In this document: in pieces, positions 59,673-64,000 of the stretch
Layout: each line of letters starts with the position of its first letter
How positions within the stretch are numbered: position 1 is the stretch's first letter
From: Candidatus Latescibacterota bacterium
GTDB lineage: Bacteria; Latescibacterota; UBA2968; GCA-2709665
DNA: 64,000 nt
Assembly: GCA_965222075.1 (NCBI GenBank)
Contig: OZ244937.1
Location: 4,768,001-4,832,000 of the forward strand
Direction: 5' to 3'
The notes under the pieces: generated by a model
What the model saw: the letters and a program-made list of their open reading frames with translations, nothing else
Database searches by the model: none
What the model was told of the DNA's origin: nothing
Position numbers and translations under genes: made by a program

Positions 59673-60449
59673 TCACCGTTTCAAGATTCCCCCGTTTACG
59701 TCGATCGTGGCCCCGGTAATGTACGAGCCCATCGGGGAGGCCAGGAAGAGGGCGGCGTAGGCGATGTCTTCGGGGACGCCCAGCCGGGCGAGGGGGATGA
59801 TGCTTTCGATCTCCCTGCGTTTTTCGGGGGCGAGGCCTTCCGGGTTGGTGTCGATGACGCCGGGGGTGATGGCGTTGACCGTGATGCTGGCGGGGGCCAG
59901 GTCGCGGGCGAGGGTTTTGGTCATGGCGATCATGCCGCCCTTGGAACTGGCATAGTGCACGCCGCCGGAGACGCCGCCGGTCTGGCCGCTGATGGAGGCG
60001 ATGTTGACGATCCTGCCGCTTTTCTGTTTTTCCATGAGCGGGGCGACCGCCCGGGCGCAGAAGTAGGCGCCGGTGAGGTTGGCGGAGATGACCCGGTCCC
60101 ACTCCGCCGGGTCGATGCCAATGTACGGGCCGGGGCTGATCAGGCCGGCGTTGTTGACCAGGATGTCGATTCTGCCGAAGGTGTCCAGGGTCTGCTGCAC
60201 GACCTGGTTGACCTGGGCTTCGACGGCGACGTCGGATGGGAGGGCGAGGACGGCGGTCTCCTCATCTTCCGCCGAGAGTTGGGCGGCGACGTCCTGCAGG
60301 GGGCCGGGCGTGCGGGCGGTGAGGGTCAGGTTCGCGCCGGCCTGTTTAAAGACTTTGGCGATGCTCCTGCCGATGCCCCGGCTGGCGCCGGTGATGAGGG
60401 CGACCCGGCCGGAGAGGTCCAGCAGGTGGGTGAGAGATTGTACGGGCAT
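59673..60449 (-). CDS. SDR family oxidoreductase (FabG-like)
   Basis: TGASRGIG, NNAG, YASSK, PG, DVNGG. Confidence 0.93.
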   Translation of the reverse strand: MPVQSLTHLLDLSGRVALITGASRGIGRSIAKVFKQAGANLTLTARTPGPLQDVAAQLSAEDEETAVLALPSDVAVEAQVNQVVQQTLDTFGRIDILVNNAGLISPGPYIGIDPAEWDRVISANLTGAYFCARAVAPLMEKQKSGRIVNIASISGQTGGVSGGVHYASSKGGMIAMTKTLARDLAPASITVNAITPGVIDTNPEGLAPEKRREIESIIPLARLGVPEDIAYAALFLASPMGSYITGATIDVNGGILKR

Positions 60450-60555
60450 AATTCCTCCGGAGAAATTGCTGTCGAATGGATGGTTGTATAATATACAACC
60501 TCGCCGTATAATAGCAAGCGCGCCTGGAGGCGTTTGCCGTTTCATACGAAGACTT

Positions 60556-60640
60556 ACCACGGAGACCCGGGAACCGCAGAGAGAACCGGATGGTAACCCC
60601 TTTTTGCCTTTCTCCGCGTCCTCTGCGTCTCCGCGGTTCA
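60556..60640. repeat. CTCTGCGTC-type intergenic inverted repeat
   Basis: ACCACGGAGACCCGGGAACCGCAGAGA ... TCTCCGCGTCCTCTGCGTCTCCGCGGT. Confidence 0.65.
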
Positions 60641-60660
60641 AAAGGGGAGGGCTATGCACT

Positions 60661-61926
60661 ATGGCGTCGGAATGTTGCGAGAAGCTGGATCTGCTGCTGA
60701 AAGGGGGCCGGGTGATCGATCCGGCCAACCATGTGGATGCGGTTCGGGATGTGGGCATTCGGAAGGGGAAGATCGCCCGGATGGAAGAGACGATCCCGGC
60801 CGGTGCGTCGGCGCATGTGGTGGACGTATCGGGGTTGCTGGTGACGCCGGGGCTTATTGATATTCACGTTCACGCCTACATCACGCGGCAACCCCGGAGG
60901 CCCGGACTTTTTATGGACAGTTTGAACGCGGACGCCCACTTCCTGGGGTCGGGCGTGACAACATGCGTGGATACCGGCAGCGCGGGGAGCGAGGAGGTGG
61001 GGCATTTCAGGGAGACGGTGATCGAGAGATCGATCACGCGGATTCTGGCTTATGTGAATATTTCCGCGCCGGGGATGGGAGATCCCGAGCAGAATATCGG
61101 GACGTTCGATGTGGACGCCGCAGCCGGGGCCGGCACGGCGCACGCCGACGTGGTGGTGGGCATCAAGACGGCGCACTACTGGCCCCGGGAGCCGTTCGAC
61201 GCAGAGCATCCCCCCTGGGAGTCGGTGGAACGGGCGGTGCAGGCGGGAGAACGTTGCGGAATGCCGGTGATGGTGGATTTCTGGCCGCGACCCCCGGAAC
61301 GGCCCTACCCGGACCTGATTCTGAAGATGCTCAGGCCGGGGGATATTCACACCCATGTGTTCGCCCGGCAGTTTCCGGTCATCGATGAGAAGGGGAAGGT
61401 CTACCCGTATATGTATGAGGCCCGGGAGCGGGGGATCTGGTTCGACCTGGGCCATGGAAGTGCGAGCTTCTGGTTCCGGAACGGGGCGCGGGCGATTGCC
61501 GAAGGGTTCGTGCCCGATTCGATCAGCACGGACCTGCACATGGGCAACATCCGGGGGCCGGTGTTCAGCATGTTGAGTACGATGTCCAAGTGCCTGGTGA
61601 TGGGCATGCCCTTAGAGGAGGTGATCTATCGGTCCACGGTGACGCCCGCCCGGGCGATTCGACGTCCGGAGCTGGGGACGTTGAGCGTGGGGGCCGAAGC
61701 GGATGTGGCCGTGCTGGAGCATCTGAAGGGAGAATTTTCCTACCGGGATTGCGGGCACACCCGGATGGACGGCGAGGACCGGCTGGTTTGTAAGCTGACC
61801 CTCAGAAAAGGAGAGGTGGTCTGGGACCGGGACGCGATGACGGTGCCCGGGTGGGAAGACGCCCCGCCCGATTACTGGGAGGTGCCGGAGGTGCCGGTGA
61901 AGGTCCGGCGACACTGGCGGGATTGA
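60661..61926 (+). CDS. Amidohydrolase/deacetylase family metallohydrolase (dihydroorotase-like)
   Basis: PGLIDIHVH, GVTT, GIK, DIHTH, DLGHG, ISTDLH. Confidence 0.9.
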   Translation: MASECCEKLDLLLKGGRVIDPANHVDAVRDVGIRKGKIARMEETIPAGASAHVVDVSGLLVTPGLIDIHVHAYITRQPRRPGLFMDSLNADAHFLGSGVTTCVDTGSAGSEEVGHFRETVIERSITRILAYVNISAPGMGDPEQNIGTFDVDAAAGAGTAHADVVVGIKTAHYWPREPFDAEHPPWESVERAVQAGERCGMPVMVDFWPRPPERPYPDLILKMLRPGDIHTHVFARQFPVIDEKGKVYPYMYEARERGIWFDLGHGSASFWFRNGARAIAEGFVPDSISTDLHMGNIRGPVFSMLSTMSKCLVMGMPLEEVIYRSTVTPARAIRRPELGTLSVGAEADVAVLEHLKGEFSYRDCGHTRMDGEDRLVCKLTLRKGEVVWDRDAMTVPGWEDAPPDYWEVPEVPVKVRRHWRD

Positions 61927-62005
61927 AGACTTTTTTGTTTAACCGCTATGGCTATTTGAGCTAAGCGCGACCGGCAGGATGTGGATGTAGAAATAGACGG
62001 TCTTT

Positions 62006-62758
62006 TCAGAGGGTGGCTTCCACACTGTCGGGCCGGTGGCCCACAGAGGGCACCGCCAGGATGCGCTTCTGCTGTTCGGTGAGGTCGCTGAATTCGTCCA
62101 GGGTGTAGTAGTTTTGAGACCAGGCGGAGTGCCCGGGGCTGTATTTGTAGAGGAGCGACCTCCGTTCGCGGTCGGCCGTCCAGGGCAGGGTGCCGTGGAT
62201 GAGGGCCTCGGTGAAGATGAGGGCGTCGCCCGCTTCGGCTTCGGGCTGGACAACGTAGTGCGCCGGGCGTTCGAAGGCGCGCACGTCTTTTGGAAGGCTG
62301 GTGACGAAGTTGGATTTGTGGCTGCCGGGGATACAGGCAAACCCGCCGTCGCCGGCCTTTGCAGGGGCAAGGAAGTAGGTGACGACGGTGAGGCCGTTTC
62401 GCATGACGCCGTCTTTGTATTTGTACCAGTGATCCGGCGCCCGGTCGGTTTCCCCGCCGTGGAGGCCGCCCCGTTTTCCGCCTTTTGTCATAAAGATGCA
62501 GTAGTCGTGGTCGATTCTGAACTTGGGGCCTAAGAGTTCGGAGAGGTAGGGGACGATTTTGGGATGGTCGATGAGGTCCTGAAAGGCGGGCCCCCAGAGG
62601 GTGACCCGGCTGACGCCGCGGGTGCCGGTTTCGTCGTAATTGGAGGGAAAGACCTCGTCGGTGGTGGCGTTCATGTCGGCCACTTCCCGGGGGGTGAGGA
62701 CGTTTTTGACGACGAGGTAGCCTTCCAGGTCGAACATGAATTTTTCTTCAGAGGTCAC
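62006..62758 (-). CDS. Phytanoyl-CoA dioxygenase (PhyH) family protein
   Basis: FDLEGYLV, LHGG, PGSHK, HGT; GTG start after AAGGAG. Confidence 0.88.
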   Translation of the reverse strand: MTSEEKFMFDLEGYLVVKNVLTPREVADMNATTDEVFPSNYDETGTRGVSRVTLWGPAFQDLIDHPKIVPYLSELLGPKFRIDHDYCIFMTKGGKRGGLHGGETDRAPDHWYKYKDGVMRNGLTVVTYFLAPAKAGDGGFACIPGSHKSNFVTSLPKDVRAFERPAHYVVQPEAEAGDALIFTEALIHGTLPWTADRERRSLLYKYSPGHSAWSQNYYTLDEFSDLTEQQKRILAVPSVGHRPDSVEATL

Positions 62759-62799
62759 AGCTGTGCTCCTTTCCTGATATGGATTTTTCGGGAAGCCGT

Positions 62800-63135
62800 T
62801 CAAAACCCTTTGAGCCATTCAAAATAGGCTTCGAGCCATTCAAAGCCTTCCGGGAGGGGTTCAGCCCACTCCAGCGATGTGATGTCTATGGGATAGGTTT
62901 TGCCTTTGTGTTTGCAGATGGTTTTGAGGCCCAGGCCCGATTCCGGCCACTCGAACCCCGTTATTTCCACAGTTTCTCCCAGGAGTTTCGCTTTGAATGG
63001 ACAGACAACGTTGTCTTCGATCATGGTCAGAAGACCCGTGTGCTGCTCGTCTTCTCCATAGGCATCTACGGTTGCCTCCTCGATGAGTTCCTCAAGGCGT
63101 TCGGGATCTGTGATCGTCTTCCTGCGTTTTGCCAT
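62800..63135 (-). CDS. So-called calcium-binding protein family (acidic, SH3-like) hypothetical
   Basis: EEATVDAYGEDEQ...CPFKA...LEAYFEW pattern; AGGAGG RBS. Confidence 0.75.
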   Translation of the reverse strand: MAKRRKTITDPERLEELIEEATVDAYGEDEQHTGLLTMIEDNVVCPFKAKLLGETVEITGFEWPESGLGLKTICKHKGKTYPIDITSLEWAEPLPEGFEWLEAYFEWLKGF

Positions 63136-63218
63136 GGGTTGTTCCTCCTGGCCTAAGCGTTGGGTATCGGCGGTCAACGTCCGCCTGTGCCTTTTGCTTC
63201 TCGTTTTTTTGCTGGCCG

Positions 63219-64000
63219 CTAACTGCCGGCCGCTGATTTGATCAACCGCACTTCCCGCAGACGATTTCCCTCTCTGTCGATTCCGGCGTAGCCGAGGGTT
63301 TCCAATATTTTCAAGCCGTTGCTGCGGACCGCGCCTGCGCTCTGTTTGCTGACTTTCCGGTGTTCGGCGATGGCCGTCGTGATATCGGCAGCGTCCATTT
63401 TACCGCCGTGCACGGTCAGGATGGCCCAGACGAGGGCAGCACTGTTCCGCTGCGATCCCATGTACGGTAACTTTTCCATGTCTTCGTCTCCGGCAGGGCA
63501 GAGCGCAGCCAGATCGTCGAGCCCCATCTCCTTCACTTGCCTGGGTGTTGCTTTCTCCACCCACGCTTTCCGCATCCGGTCTTTCCACGCCTTGCCCAGT
63601 TCTGCCATGTCGCCAAGCGCATTGATCAGGCCGCTCCGCCGGGAATATTTGTCGATGATTTCCCATATCAGTTTGGCGAACGTCTCCTCATGGTTGGGGA
63701 TTTTCGCCATCTGGCGCGCGTGGTGGGCCGCCTGCCTGTAGATGCCCTGTCCTGTTCCGCTGTTTACGATTTTCCATAATACTTTCTGGTAGATTTTGAA
63801 ACACTCCGCAGGAAAACGATCCTGTAAAACCTGGATCATTTGCGGAAATTCAGGTTCCTCCGTGTGACTCCGGGCACATTCCAGGAGGTCTTCCCAGCGC
63901 TCCTCCAGAGAAAGGATATCGATCAGGGCGTCCGGAGAGCAGTTTGTTTTGATTTCCTGGATCAGTTGTTCGCGTTCTTTGCGGGTTCGCAGGAGGTCTC
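63219..64000 (-). CDS. C-terminal part of a helical-repeat protein (SWIM-zinc-finger family-like), truncated by the window edge
   Basis: Frame is open to the edge (LIDILSLEERWEDLL...YRQAA...KYSRRSGL). Confidence 0.65.
   Translation of the reverse strand, partial: DLLRTRKEREQLIQEIKTNCSPDALIDILSLEERWEDLLECARSHTEEPEFPQMIQVLQDRFPAECFKIYQKVLWKIVNSGTGQGIYRQAAHHARQMAKIPNHEETFAKLIWEIIDKYSRRSGLINALGDMAELGKAWKDRMRKAWVEKATPRQVKEMGLDDLAALCPAGDEDMEKLPYMGSQRNSAALVWAILTVHGGKMDAADITTAIAEHRKVSKQSAGAVRSNGLKILETLGYAGIDREGNRLREVRLIKSAAGS

Noticed and set aside
59653-60660. N-terminal extensions of the 794-aa, 361-aa and 617-aa ORFs
   Set aside because: Alternative-frame or antisense overlaps with the SDR gene and intergenic repeat; true starts are 59652, 60449 and 60661.

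Overview
GC-rich (roughly 60% by eye) bacterial chromosomal window from a diderm, probably of the FCB superphylum (Latescibacteria-like). The taxon is inferred from a GWxTD-type TPR protein, a lamin-tail protein with an FlgD/T9SS-like C-terminus, a Bacteroidota-like LysS insertion and PhyH paralogs. The core is housekeeping: a long minus-strand run (tsaD, VWA protein, LTD protein, ftsK, lolA, HIT, prfB with its +1 frameshift, lysS, lolD, clpC, bamA, skp, fabZ), a zinc-ribbon/rnhA/rnpB/pyrF/GTPase block, XPB helicase, a DGGGP-synthase-like UbiA, HU, ligA and three tRNAs (Glu-TTC, Val-CAC, Ala-GGC). After tRNA-Ala comes an accessory catabolic region (amidohydrolase-Rieske-NHL cluster, CapA, TRAP, SDR, PhyH). 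No CRISPR array, integrase or transposase was seen. The least explained signals are non-coding: (i) a nested CCTGCCTG...CAGGCAGG palindromic element that frameshifts a small gene at 9.4-9.7 kb, (ii) an adjacent IS200/IS605-end/HEARO-like structured segment with no cognate nuclease, (iii) two tandem candidate sRNAs at 11.4-11.7 kb, (iv) a 200-nt rod-like candidate RNA upstream of tsaD, and (v) several families of short-period inverted repeats in intergenic gaps. All family assignments come from motif recognition by eye, not database searches.
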